This document shows positions 17,457 through 26,700 of a DNA stretch of 64,000 nt, piece by piece. The DNA is from Thermoleophilia bacterium. Its GTDB lineage: Bacteria > Actinomycetota > Thermoleophilia > Gaiellales > JAICJC01. The stretch's first letter is position 1. Each line of letters opens with the position of its first letter. Location: contig JAICKX010000002.1 of NCBI GenBank assembly GCA_025927685.1, positions 3,442-67,441 on the forward strand. The letters are read 5' to 3'. The notes under the pieces are model-generated. The model was not told the origin of the DNA. It searched no databases and saw only the letters and a list, made by a program, of their open reading frames with translations. Made by a program: the position numbers and the translations under genes.

Positions 17457-18917
17457 ATGACGATGGACAACCGCACCCGCTGGTTCGCGCTCTACGTGCT
17501 CTGCCTCGCGAGCCTCATGATCGTGCTCGATGCGACCATCGTGAACGTCGCCCTGCCGTCGATCCGCAAGGATCTCGACTTCTCGCAGACGTCGCTCGCG
17601 TGGGTCGTGAACGCCTACCTGCTCACGTACGGGGGCTGTCTGCTCCTCGGCGGGCGGCTGGGCGACCTCTTCGGCCACAGGCGCCTGTTCCTGATCGGCA
17701 TCTCGCTCTTCACGCTCGCGTCGCTGGCGTGCGGGCTGGCGACGAGCCAGGAATTCCTGATCGCCGCACGCTCCATCCAGGGCGTGGGCGGCGCGATCGC
17801 CTCGGCCGTGTCCCTCTCGCTCATGATGACCCTCTTCACCGAGCCGGCCGACCGGGCCAAGGCCATGGGCGTCTTCGGCTTCGTGGCCGCCGGCGGCGGC
17901 AGCATCGGCGTCACCCTGGGCGGCATCCTCACGGATTCGCTCGACTGGCACTGGATCTTCCTCGTGAACTTCCCGATCGGGCTGATCGTGGTCGCCCTGT
18001 CGCTGAAGCTCCTGCCCGCCGCCCGGATCGAGGGCGCGCGCGTGAAGCTCGACGTTGCCGGCGCGATCACCGTCACGTCCTCGCTCATGCTCGCCGTCTA
18101 CGCGATCGTGAACGGCAACCAGGAGGGGTGGACCTCGGCGCAGACGCTCGGCCTGCTCGGCGCGTCGGCCGGGCTGCTCGCCGCGTTCCTCGCGATCGAG
18201 GCGCGGGTCGAGTCGCCGCTCATGCCGCTTCGCCTGTTCCGGCTTCGCAACCTCGCCACGTCGCAGGTCGTCGGCATCCTGTGGGCCGCCGCGATGTTCG
18301 CGTGGTTCTTCCTCGCGGCGCTCTACATGCAGCTCGTGCTCGGTTACACGCCGCTCGAGGTGGGGCTGGCGTTCCTGCCGGCCAACCTCATCATGGGGGC
18401 CTTCTCGCTCGGCCTCTCCGCCAAGCTCGTCATGCGCTTCGGCATCCGGGCCCCGCTGGGCGTCGGCCTCATGATCGCCGCCGCAGGCATGGTGCTGTTC
18501 GTCCGCGCCCCCGTCGACGGCAGCTTCGTCGTCGACGTGCTGCCCAGCATGATCCTGCTCGGCCTGGGGGCCGGGACGGCCTTCAATCCGGTGCTGCTCG
18601 CGGCGATGAGCGACGTCGACCAGAGCGAGGCCGGCCTCGCGTCGGGCGTGGTGAACACGTCCTTCATGATGGGCGGCGCGGTGGGGCTGGCCGTCCTCGC
18701 CAGCCTGGCCCAGTCGCGCACGGACTCATTGCGCTCGTCCGGCGACGGCGTCCTGACGGCGCTCACCGGCGGCTACCACGCGGCGTTCCTGCTCGGAGCG
18801 GTGTTCGCGGCCGCCGCGGCCCTTCTGGGTGCCTCCCTCCTCAGGCCGGGCTCGCAGTACGCGGGCCAGGGCCACGAGGGTGCCGCCATGGGCGAGCCGC
18901 TGACCGAGGCCGACTGA
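17457..18917 (+). CDS. MFS transporter, DHA2 (14-TMS EmrB/QacA) family
   Basis: 486 aa. LDATIVNVALPSI and GRLGDLFGHRR motifs with about 14 hydrophobic segments. Confidence 0.85.
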   Translation: MTMDNRTRWFALYVLCLASLMIVLDATIVNVALPSIRKDLDFSQTSLAWVVNAYLLTYGGCLLLGGRLGDLFGHRRLFLIGISLFTLASLACGLATSQEFLIAARSIQGVGGAIASAVSLSLMMTLFTEPADRAKAMGVFGFVAAGGGSIGVTLGGILTDSLDWHWIFLVNFPIGLIVVALSLKLLPAARIEGARVKLDVAGAITVTSSLMLAVYAIVNGNQEGWTSAQTLGLLGASAGLLAAFLAIEARVESPLMPLRLFRLRNLATSQVVGILWAAAMFAWFFLAALYMQLVLGYTPLEVGLAFLPANLIMGAFSLGLSAKLVMRFGIRAPLGVGLMIAAAGMVLFVRAPVDGSFVVDVLPSMILLGLGAGTAFNPVLLAAMSDVDQSEAGLASGVVNTSFMMGGAVGLAVLASLAQSRTDSLRSSGDGVLTALTGGYHAAFLLGAVFAAAAALLGASLLRPGSQYAGQGHEGAAMGEPLTEAD

Positions 18918-18927
18918 GCGCGGCCGT

Positions 18928-18964
18928 ACGGTCTGGGGATTCCGCACTCGAATCCCCAGACCGT
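18928..18964 (+). terminator. Stem-loop terminator candidate
   Basis: Perfect 15-bp stem ACGGTCTGGGGATTC / GAATCCCCAGACCGT with a 7-nt loop, 11 nt after the MFS stop. There is no T-tract. Confidence 0.6.
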
Positions 18965-19032
18965 AGGCCAAGCCAGACGTTCGCCCCAGATTTGTTGCAG
19001 ATTCCGTTGCGTTTCCGTAGGATCGCTGCGGA

Positions 19033-19581
19033 ATGTCGCTCGATTCGCTCGACCGTCAGCTGATCGCCTCGCTCAAGCTCGACGGCCGGATGAGCTATGC
19101 GGAGCTCGCCGGCCGTCTCGGCGTGAGTGAGAGCACGGCGCGCAACCGCCTCGCGCGGCTCGTCGACGCGGGCACGGTCCGGATCCTGCCGATTATCGAC
19201 CAGACCGAGCTCGGCTACCGCCTGAACGCGTGGATCGGCGTCCGCTGCCGGCCGGGCGCATTCCGCCGAGTCGCCGAGGAGCTGGCAGGGTTCCACGCCG
19301 TCCGCTACGTCGGCGCGTGCACCGGTGCCTACGACGTGATCTGCGAGGCGGTCTTTCTTTCGCAGGAGGAGATGCTGCGGTTCCTCGAGAGCGAGCTCCC
19401 GACCGTCGACGGCATCACGAGCACGGACTCGTCGATCGTGCTCGAGATGGCGAAGCTCGGCTACGAGTGGGAGTTGCGGGAGGAGGATGCGCGGCCGGGC
19501 CGCGGGGAGCGAGAGACCGGACCGGCAGGAACGCATGGCGCGCGCGATGCCGAGCCTGGCGACCAAGGGGGTCGACCATGA
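19033..19581 (+). CDS. Lrp/AsnC-family transcriptional regulator
   Basis: HTH MSYAELAGRLGVSESTARNRLARL followed by an AsnC-type ligand domain. Confidence 0.85.
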   Translation: MSLDSLDRQLIASLKLDGRMSYAELAGRLGVSESTARNRLARLVDAGTVRILPIIDQTELGYRLNAWIGVRCRPGAFRRVAEELAGFHAVRYVGACTGAYDVICEAVFLSQEEMLRFLESELPTVDGITSTDSSIVLEMAKLGYEWELREEDARPGRGERETGPAGTHGARDAEPGDQGGRP

Positions 19582-21185
19582 GCGTTGACGGGTTGGAGCA
19601 CGAGACGGGCGGGGGGCCCAGGGTCTTCAGCAGGAGCGCAACCGGGCTCGTGCGCGAGGCGTCGCTCCGCGACGTGCTCGCGTTCAACGTGAACATGCAG
19701 AACGTCACGATCGGCGTGATTTTCTCGCTGCTTTTGATCCCACCGCTGTACCCCGGCGCGAACATCTACCTCTCGACGCTGATCGCACTCGTCGCTGCCG
19801 TGCCGGTCAGCCTCGTCTACGCCAAGCTGTCGGCGGCGTATCCCCGGTCGGGTGGCGACTACGTCTTCGTCTCCCGGATCCTGCACCCGGCAGTCGCGTT
19901 CACGTCCAACTTCTCCTACTGCGTCTGGGGGACCTTCTACATCGGCGTCTCCGGTGTCTTCCTCGGCGTGTACGGGATCGCGCCGCTTCTGCGTGTCCTC
20001 GGCGCGTACGAGAACAGCACGCGCCTGGCCGATGCCGGCAACTGGTTCGCGCGCGACAACGGCAAGTTCGTCATGGCTGTCACCGTGATCTCCGTCTTCT
20101 CGCTCATCTTCATCTTCGGCGGCCTCAGGCTCTATTTCCGCATCCAGGCCATCAACTTCGTGATCGCCTCGGCGGCGCTGGGGGTCGTGATCGTCTGGGC
20201 GCTGCTCGCCTCGCGCGGGACGGCACTCGGACACCTCGACGACCAGATTCGAGGCCTCGGCGGGAAGTCGATGTCGCCGCTGGCGAACGGCGCGGGATCC
20301 GACGACTTCTCGCTGCGACAGACGATCTACGCCTCGATCTGGCCGTGGCTCGCCTTCAACTCGGCCATCTACTCCACGTATATGGGCGGCGAGGTCAAGC
20401 GCGCCGATCGGACGCAGGTCGCTGGCATCATGGGCGCCCTGGGATGGGCGGGCGCATGGACGATGGCGGCGACGTTCGCGATGCTGCACCTCTTCGGCAA
20501 CACGTTCTGGGCCAACCTCGGAAACGCCGATCCGGCGGTCTACAACCTCTCGACGACCCCGACGTTCGCTGAGGTATCGGGATACGCGATCGGGAACGTT
20601 GTGATCGCGTGCGTCGTGCTGATCGGATTCGTGCTGTGGTCATACGTCTGGATCGCGCCGTACACCGTGCTCGTCACCCGCAGCATGCTGGCCTGGTCGC
20701 TCGACCGGCTTGCACCGGCCAGGCTCGCGGAGGTGAGTGAGCGCTACCACTCCCCGGTGGTCGCGCTTGTCGTGATCTTCGGGCTGGGGGTGGTGACGTC
20801 GGCGTTCTACGCCTACGGCAAGCTCTCGGTGCTCTCGGGGACGGTAGGCATCACTGCCTCGATGATCGTTGTCGCGCTCGCGGGGATCGCGTTCCCGTAT
20901 AGGAACACGGAGGCATGGCGCTCGTCGCCTGCATCCGGTCGCACCTTCGGGGTCCCGACGATCACGCTGGTCGGATTGGTGGCGCTGCCACTGCTCGCCC
21001 TGATCGAGTGGGCCCTGCTGGAGGACGTGAACTCGGGAACGAGCATCGACGGGAACCCGCGCATCCTCGAGTACGCGATCGGGATCTTCCTCGTCGGCCT
21101 GCCGCTCTACTACCTGATCCGAACCTTCCAGCGTGGCCGGGGCGTCAACGTCGACCTCGCCTACAAGGAGATCCCGCCCGAGTGA
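19578..21185 (+). CDS. APC-superfamily amino-acid/amine permease
   Basis: ATG 19578 overlaps the Lrp stop (ATGA). About 12 TM segments and the segment AAYPRSGGDYVFVSR, typical of APC permeases. Confidence 0.8.
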   Translation: MSVDGLEHETGGGPRVFSRSATGLVREASLRDVLAFNVNMQNVTIGVIFSLLLIPPLYPGANIYLSTLIALVAAVPVSLVYAKLSAAYPRSGGDYVFVSRILHPAVAFTSNFSYCVWGTFYIGVSGVFLGVYGIAPLLRVLGAYENSTRLADAGNWFARDNGKFVMAVTVISVFSLIFIFGGLRLYFRIQAINFVIASAALGVVIVWALLASRGTALGHLDDQIRGLGGKSMSPLANGAGSDDFSLRQTIYASIWPWLAFNSAIYSTYMGGEVKRADRTQVAGIMGALGWAGAWTMAATFAMLHLFGNTFWANLGNADPAVYNLSTTPTFAEVSGYAIGNVVIACVVLIGFVLWSYVWIAPYTVLVTRSMLAWSLDRLAPARLAEVSERYHSPVVALVVIFGLGVVTSAFYAYGKLSVLSGTVGITASMIVVALAGIAFPYRNTEAWRSSPASGRTFGVPTITLVGLVALPLLALIEWALLEDVNSGTSIDGNPRILEYAIGIFLVGLPLYYLIRTFQRGRGVNVDLAYKEIPPE

Positions 21186-22321
21186 CCCCGGCCCCGATCT
21201 CAGACGCCGAATACGGGAGCCGCCTCGATCGGGTGCGTGCCGGGTTGGCCGACGCCGACCTTGCCGGACTGATCGCCTACGGAGCTCACCGCGACTACCA
21301 CCCAGCCGATCTGCGCTACCTGGCCCGATGGTACTGCGTGGAGGAGGAGCAGGCCGCGCTGTTCATTCCGGTCTCGGGACCCACGACGCTTCTGACCGAC
21401 GCGGCGTGGGATATCGAGCGGGCCGAAGCCGAGGCGTTCGCGGACGAGATGCGACACTCGCGCGACCTCGGCTCGGCGCTGGCGGCGCTCGTCGCGGGTG
21501 CTGGGGCGGCGGGCGCTTCGATCGGCATTGCCGGGTTTCCGGTCTTCCCGGCTCCGGCGTACCTGACCCTCCGCGAGCGGCTTCCCGACGCGCGGTTCGT
21601 CGATGCGTCCGAGTTGACCGCGAGCCTGCGGATGGTGAAGAGCCCGGCTGAGCTCGACTTGATGCGCGAGGCCTCGCACATCAGCGACGAGGCGATGCGG
21701 GCCGGGCTCGCCGTGGTCGAGGACGGGGCAACCGAGACGGCTGTCGCGGCCGCCGCCGAGGCCGTCATTCGGGCGGCCGGTGCCGAGCCGTCGTTCGTGA
21801 CGGAGATGGGAAGCGGGGCACGCACGGCGCTCGGGACATTCCTGCCGGGCCCGCGGACGCTCTCCACCGGTGAGTTGGCGGTGCTCGACTGCGGCGCCCG
21901 GCTCCACGGTTACCACGGCGACATGTGTCGCACGGTCGTCGTCGGGGAGCCGTCGGCCGAGCAAAGGCGGAAGCTCGAGGCGGTCCAGGGCGCGGTCGGA
22001 GATGCCATCACGGCGGTGAGGCCCGGTGTCACGGTCGGCACAATCCGGGACGTCGCCGCCGGCTCGATCTCCGAGGCCGGCTACGGCGACAACTGGTGGG
22101 ACGCGTTCATGCCGCATGGAAACGGAGCGGGCCAGCATGAGCCGCCAAACGCCAAGGATCACCCCGACATGGCATTGGAGGAGGGGATGGTCCTCTGCAT
22201 CGAGCCCGGCATCACCGTACCCGGCGAGGGCGCGGTGATCATCGAGCAGATGATCGCCGTGGCTGCCGACGGCGCCGAGGTGCTGAACGCGCTCCCGACG
22301 AATATGTGGGACCGGGCTTGA
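21182..22321 (+). CDS. M24-family metallopeptidase-fold hydrolase (Xaa-Pro peptidase / creatinase / ectoine-hydrolase type)
   Basis: GTG 21182 overlaps the permease stop (GTGA). Metal-ligand segments are intact: VLDCGARLHGYHGDMCRT, PHGNGAGQHEPP, LCIEPGI, VIIEQMI. Confidence 0.8.
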   Translation: MTPAPISDAEYGSRLDRVRAGLADADLAGLIAYGAHRDYHPADLRYLARWYCVEEEQAALFIPVSGPTTLLTDAAWDIERAEAEAFADEMRHSRDLGSALAALVAGAGAAGASIGIAGFPVFPAPAYLTLRERLPDARFVDASELTASLRMVKSPAELDLMREASHISDEAMRAGLAVVEDGATETAVAAAAEAVIRAAGAEPSFVTEMGSGARTALGTFLPGPRTLSTGELAVLDCGARLHGYHGDMCRTVVVGEPSAEQRRKLEAVQGAVGDAITAVRPGVTVGTIRDVAAGSISEAGYGDNWWDAFMPHGNGAGQHEPPNAKDHPDMALEEGMVLCIEPGITVPGEGAVIIEQMIAVAADGAEVLNALPTNMWDRA

Positions 22322-22329
22322 AGTTGAAA

Positions 22330-22794
22330 ATGGAGCTGCCCGCGATGGGCGTCGAGGCAGAGGTGACACTGCTCACCGATGCCGCGCCGCGCGTGTCGCA
22401 GGCGATCTACGACGTGCTCGCCGAGCCGCTCGAGACGCACACCTCGCATGCCTGTTTCGACGGGCACGAGATCTTCTGCTTCCTGCCGCCGTTCCCCGAG
22501 CCGCCGCCGATCGAGAACCGCACGATGCGGCCCCTTCCTGGCGAGGTGATGTTCTTCTATGCCGCACCGAACCAGTTCGCCTGCATGGGTGAGGACCGGC
22601 TGAGCGGCGGGTCGGGCGCTGTCCACGAGCTCGCGGTCATGTACGGCGACGTCGACCTGCGACACTTCTGGGAGGAGGGCGTGCACGGCTCGCTGGTCGG
22701 CCGGGTGACGGCCGGGCTCGACGAGCTCGCGGCCGCCTGCCGGCGGACGCTGGACGAGGGGCGGACGCCGCTTCGGATCCGGCGCGCGAGCTGA
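22330..22794 (+). CDS. Cyclophilin-like small protein (resembles the DUF3830 family, from memory)
   Basis: ATG 22330 lies 9 nt after the M24 stop; alternative GTG 22306 and TTG 22318 overlap it. Sequence MELPAMGVEAEVTLLTDAAPRVSQAIYDVL...HACFDGHEIF. Confidence 0.55.
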   Translation: MELPAMGVEAEVTLLTDAAPRVSQAIYDVLAEPLETHTSHACFDGHEIFCFLPPFPEPPPIENRTMRPLPGEVMFFYAAPNQFACMGEDRLSGGSGAVHELAVMYGDVDLRHFWEEGVHGSLVGRVTAGLDELAAACRRTLDEGRTPLRIRRAS

Positions 22795-22802
22795 CTACTC
22801 GC

Positions 22803-23900
22803 CTACGCGAACCGGCGGGCGGCGGCCAGGTCGACGGTCTGCGCCGGAGAGTCGCCGAAGCGCCACACCTGCGGCCGCCCCGTGGGAGGCACGATCACCG
22901 CGATCGTGCCGAGCCCGGCTCCGGAGTCGTCGACCGCGCTCGTGTAGTGGATCCCGAGGTCGTAGTCCTCCTTGCGCGGGGCGCCGCTCGACGTGGTCGG
23001 CTGGCGCGCCTCGCGGAGCGCCTCCTGCGCGAGCAGGTGGGGGAAGTTGAACTCGCCGCCGCCGCCGACAGACGAGATCAGGCTGAGCCCGGGCCGGATG
23101 CGCTCGATCAGCTCGAGGTTGATCCCGTGCTTCGATCCGTGGTGGGACACCTTGAGGACGTCGGCCGCCAGGGTATCGCCGCCCTGGGCCATCCGCAGGG
23201 CCGCGTACACCGGCGACGGGTTCGCCACCAGCTCGGGGAAGTCTTCGACCACCCCGGCCCACGCCAGGGTCTGGGCGTCGCCGCCGAGGATGAGCCGCCG
23301 CGCCGGCGCCGGCGCGCCCTGCGCCCTGGCGACGGCGGACGGGAACTCGAGCGCCAGCACGATCGACGCGTTGTTCGCATCGACGCCGTAGGTGTCGAAG
23401 CGGTTGCGGAGCTGGATCGACGGCGAGAGCGCCTCCACCTTCACGGCGTCGATCCAGCGCGTCGTCCCGCTCGTCGGCTGGGCGATGGGAACGGCGTGCT
23501 CGTCGACCGTCGCCATCAGCTCGAAGTACGTCTGCGAGGTGTAGAAGAACCCGCTGTCCCACAGCTCACCGATCTCGTCGTGGTGCAGGTCGAGCAGCTC
23601 CGGCATGCCCCCGATGTGGTCGTTGTGCGGGTGGGTGGCGACGACGAGCGGGATCCCGCCGATCCGCGGGCCCAGCGCCGGGTGCGCCCTGAGCGCGGCG
23701 ATCAGCGCGGGCAGCTTGCGGGTCGTGGCGACGTCGACCACGAGCATGCGCCGGGTCCCGCTCTGCTCCGGGAGGAGGACGAGCTGCGTATCGCCGTCGC
23801 CGACGTTCAGCAGGAAGTGCACGAGCCGGTCACCGGTGCACTGGGCCACGAAGTCGCCGGCGGTCAGGCGGCCCGCCGGGATGGGGTCGGGAACGGGCAT
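22803..23900 (-). CDS. MBL-fold metallo-hydrolase (stand-alone ComEC-C-terminal-like)
   Basis: HxHxDH motif in VVATHPHNDHIGG. A later VSHHGSKHG segment follows. Confidence 0.8.
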   Translation of the reverse strand: MPVPDPIPAGRLTAGDFVAQCTGDRLVHFLLNVGDGDTQLVLLPEQSGTRRMLVVDVATTRKLPALIAALRAHPALGPRIGGIPLVVATHPHNDHIGGMPELLDLHHDEIGELWDSGFFYTSQTYFELMATVDEHAVPIAQPTSGTTRWIDAVKVEALSPSIQLRNRFDTYGVDANNASIVLALEFPSAVARAQGAPAPARRLILGGDAQTLAWAGVVEDFPELVANPSPVYAALRMAQGGDTLAADVLKVSHHGSKHGINLELIERIRPGLSLISSVGGGGEFNFPHLLAQEALREARQPTTSSGAPRKEDYDLGIHYTSAVDDSGAGLGTIAVIVPPTGRPQVWRFGDSPAQTVDLAAARRFA

Positions 23901-23903
23901 CGA

Positions 23904-24395
23904 TCAGTCGCCCACCCGGCGGCGGCCGGCGGCGGTCAGGTATGCGGCCTTGGCGGCGTCCCGCGCGTCGGCGGTGACGTCGAACACCGGCCCCTTCAGC
24001 CAGCGCGAGATCGGGCTGCGCGGCCCGGGTACGCGCCGCCGGATCGTCGTCCGGGCCGCGAAGGCGTCGCCCTCGCGGAGCGGCCGGTCGCGCACCCGCT
24101 CCGGCAGCCGGGCGATCGCCAGATACGCGGCGAGGCGCGCCTGGTCGACGTCGACGGCGACGGGCTCCGCGCCGCGAAACCGGAGCCGCCCGCGCTCGTC
24201 CGCGTCGGGCCACTCCGAGATCAGGAGCGTCACGACCCCCTGGCTCACCTCGTCGACCGTGATGTAGGAGAGCTCCGCCAGGTCGTCGATCCCGGGCGTC
24301 CTCCTCACGTGGCCCGCGACCGGGCTGCCCCGGCCTTTCACGGGATGGGGGAGCCTGGGATTCCAACGGCGGTCCTGCGGCAACGGTTTGCGCAT
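23904..24395 (-). CDS. Hypothetical protein co-transcribed with the MBL hydrolase
   Basis: Its stop lies 3 nt before the MBL start. GC3 is high. The start is uncertain (ATG 24395 chosen; track start 24455 would abut the divergent gene). No family was recognised. Confidence 0.45.
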   Translation of the reverse strand: MRKPLPQDRRWNPRLPHPVKGRGSPVAGHVRRTPGIDDLAELSYITVDEVSQGVVTLLISEWPDADERGRLRFRGAEPVAVDVDQARLAAYLAIARLPERVRDRPLREGDAFAARTTIRRRVPGPRSPISRWLKGPVFDVTADARDAAKAAYLTAAGRRRVGD

Positions 24396-24453
24396 TCTCC
24401 CACCCGGGTAGCCGGAGAGCGTCTTTCGATCCTCATCCTGGAGGGAGCAGAGC

Positions 24454-25002
24454 ATGGCATGGGTGATCCTGGCAATCGTTGTCGTCCTCGCACTCGTGGT
24501 GGTTGGATGGCTGTGGACGCGCCTGCGACGGACGGAGCATCTTCAGGACCGGTTCGGGCCGGAGTACGCCCGCACGGTCGATGAGCACGGCGACGCCCGG
24601 GCTGCCGAGAAGGAGCTCGCGGAGCGCGAGTCGCGGCGCGAGAAGTTCGACATCCGCCCGCTGGCGCCCGAGTCGCGGGCCCGCTATCTCGAGCGGTGGA
24701 AGGACGTGCAGGCCCGGTTCGTGGACGACCCGGCGCCTGCGGTCGCCGACGCCGACCGGCTGATCGGCGAGGCGATGCGCGAGCGCGGGTATCCCGTCGA
24801 CGACTTCGACCAGCGCGCGGCCGACCTGTCCGTCGACTATCCGGACGTGGTCGAGAACTACCGTGCCGGCCACTCGGTTGCCGCCGGCAACGGCAGCGCC
24901 GACACCGAGGACATGCGCCAGGCGATGGTGCATTACCGCAGCCTGTTCGACCGGCTGGTCGAGCGTGAGGAGACCGCCGAGCCGGCGGGGGTAGAGCGAT
25001 GA
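24454..25002 (+). CDS. Membrane-anchored conserved hypothetical protein (helical module also found in the next gene)
   Basis: N-terminal TM MAWVILAIVVVLALVVVGWLW. Module RYLERWKDVQARFVDDPAPAVADADRLIGE...DTEDMRQAMVHYRSLFDRLV. Confidence 0.65.
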   Translation: MAWVILAIVVVLALVVVGWLWTRLRRTEHLQDRFGPEYARTVDEHGDARAAEKELAERESRREKFDIRPLAPESRARYLERWKDVQARFVDDPAPAVADADRLIGEAMRERGYPVDDFDQRAADLSVDYPDVVENYRAGHSVAAGNGSADTEDMRQAMVHYRSLFDRLVEREETAEPAGVER

Positions 25003-25274
25003 GCACGGGCGAAGTGCTCTTCGATCACTCGGGCGAGGACTATCGCTCGCGGTGGCACGACATCCAGGCCGAGTTCGTCGACCATCCGCGTCAGGCGGTC
25101 GAGGAGGCGGACGGGCTCGTCTCCGAGGTGATGCAGGAGCTGTCCAAGGTCTTCACGGACGAGCGCCGCAAGCTCGAGGCGCAGTGGGGCACGGGCGAGG
25201 ATGCCGACACGGAGGACCTGCGCGTCGCGCTCACCCGCTACCGGTCGTTCTTCGAGCGGCTGCTCGCCGTCTGA
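24999..25274 (+). CDS. Small paralog of the preceding gene (single helical module)
   Basis: The ATG overlaps the upstream stop (ATGA). SRWHDIQAEFVDHPRQAVEEADGLVSE...DTEDLRVALTRYRSFFERLL aligns with the upstream protein. Confidence 0.6.
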   Translation: MSTGEVLFDHSGEDYRSRWHDIQAEFVDHPRQAVEEADGLVSEVMQELSKVFTDERRKLEAQWGTGEDADTEDLRVALTRYRSFFERLLAV

Positions 25275-25438
25275 CCCGGTCGACCGCTGCCGGGTCTGAG
25301 CCGGCTTCCGTAAACTGTCAACCTCGCTGGCCCGCCGACACGGGCCGCGAGCGCACCGCGCCTCGTCCGCCGGGCCGACCAATCGGAACCTGGTCTGGGC
25401 TCGCACGTTGCCGCCGTGAGCGACGCCCAGGTCTAGGC

Positions 25439-25470
25439 GGAGGGCGCCGCTCCGGGCAGCGGCGCCCTCC
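25439..25470. terminator. Bidirectional stem-loop between convergent genes
   Basis: Perfect 13-bp stem GGAGGGCGCCGCT / AGCGGCGCCCTCC with a 6-nt loop, 13 nt beyond the stop of the minus-strand propeller gene. Confidence 0.5.
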
Positions 25471-25482
25471 ATCGCCGGCCGG

Positions 25483-26565
25483 TCAGCGCGCGGCCAGCCC
25501 CACCGTGCCCGCCGGCAGCGACCCGACCGACCCGGCATGATGCAGGCTCCCGCCGGAGCCGATATGGAACCCCTCGATGCGGCCGAGGCCGTCCGCCAGG
25601 ACGTAGAGGAACCCGCCGGAAGGGGTCACCGCCTCATCAAGCGGGTGGCTTCCGGGGCCCGTGTCGCCGGCGATCCCGCCTCCCACCAGCGAGATCGTGC
25701 CGTGCTGGATCCGGTATGCGGAGACGTTGCCGCTCCCGGCGTTCGCCGTGAAGGCGAAGCGGCCGTTCGGCGTCACGGCGACCCAGCAGGCGGCCTGCTG
25801 ATGGTTCTCGGTCGCGGTGGAGGTCGCGGTGAGCGCGCCGGACGCGGCCACCGCGTACGACGTGGCGCCGCTGCTCGGCGGGATGCTCGCATCGGACACG
25901 ACCAGCGCACCGGTCCGGGCGAACGCGAACCCGAACGGGGTGCCCCCGACGGAGGCGTGCGAGACGGCGTGGGCCAGGGCGCCGCGGGCGCGGATGCGGA
26001 ACGTGTCGATCGTCCCCGACGTCTTGTTCGTCACGACGAGGACGTTTCCCGCCGGGCTCAGCCCCACCTGCGCCGGATCCCTGTCGAGCGCCGCGAGGTG
26101 CCGCCAGGCGCCATGGATGCGGGCGATGCCGGCGCCGGTCACCCGGAAGCCGACCACGCTGGGAGTGGTTCCGGCGTTCAGGACGTACACGCGGGCGCGG
26201 CCCGCGGCGACGCTGATCGGCAGGTCGCCGCCGGACCGCACGACCTGAAGGCGATGCAGGTGCGCCCCGGACACCCGAAAGACGGTGAGCGTGTCGCTGC
26301 CGGCGTTCACGGCATAGAGCCGGCGACCGTCAGGACTGAGAGTCAGCGCGCCCTGCGACCCGAGGTTGGCGCCCGTGCCAACGCCCCCGGTGGGGAACGT
26401 GTGCCGGCGGACGAGATGCCCGTCCACCCCGCGGTGGAACGCGATCACCCTGTTCCCGCCGGTGCCGTTCGAGAGCGTGAACACGGCGCCTCGGGAGTGC
26501 GCCAGCGCGCTCGCCGGGAAGAGCAGTCCTGCCATCCCGAGCATGATCACGATGGCTCGCTTCAC
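25483..26565 (-). CDS. Secreted lactonase-type 7-bladed beta-propeller protein
   Basis: Only the C-terminal 360 aa of track ORF 25483..27351 look real. GTG 26565 follows AGGAGG. A signal peptide is followed by repeated blades (LSPDGRRLYAVNAGSDTLTVF, VTPNGRFAFTANAGSGNVSAY). Confidence 0.75.
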   Translation of the reverse strand: MKRAIVIMLGMAGLLFPASALAHSRGAVFTLSNGTGGNRVIAFHRGVDGHLVRRHTFPTGGVGTGANLGSQGALTLSPDGRRLYAVNAGSDTLTVFRVSGAHLHRLQVVRSGGDLPISVAAGRARVYVLNAGTTPSVVGFRVTGAGIARIHGAWRHLAALDRDPAQVGLSPAGNVLVVTNKTSGTIDTFRIRARGALAHAVSHASVGGTPFGFAFARTGALVVSDASIPPSSGATSYAVAASGALTATSTATENHQQAACWVAVTPNGRFAFTANAGSGNVSAYRIQHGTISLVGGGIAGDTGPGSHPLDEAVTPSGGFLYVLADGLGRIEGFHIGSGGSLHHAGSVGSLPAGTVGLAAR

Positions 26566-26700
26566 GATGCCTCCTCCGTTGGTGGTGTCGCTCCACGGTA
26601 GGACTGAGGCCTTGTGAGGGTCTTTCGCATTCCTTACAAAAGCCGGAATTCGTGGCGTCCGCCGCGGCGCCGCACGCGGGCGGCAGGCGATACTTGGCAC

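Noticed and set aside
16974-17951. Full 325-aa ORF, and full 622-aa ORF 25483-27351
   Set aside because: Only the C-terminal parts look like proteins (the STAS domain and the beta-propeller respectively). The N-terminal extensions are antisense to the MFS gene and the response-regulator gene and are compositionally aberrant.
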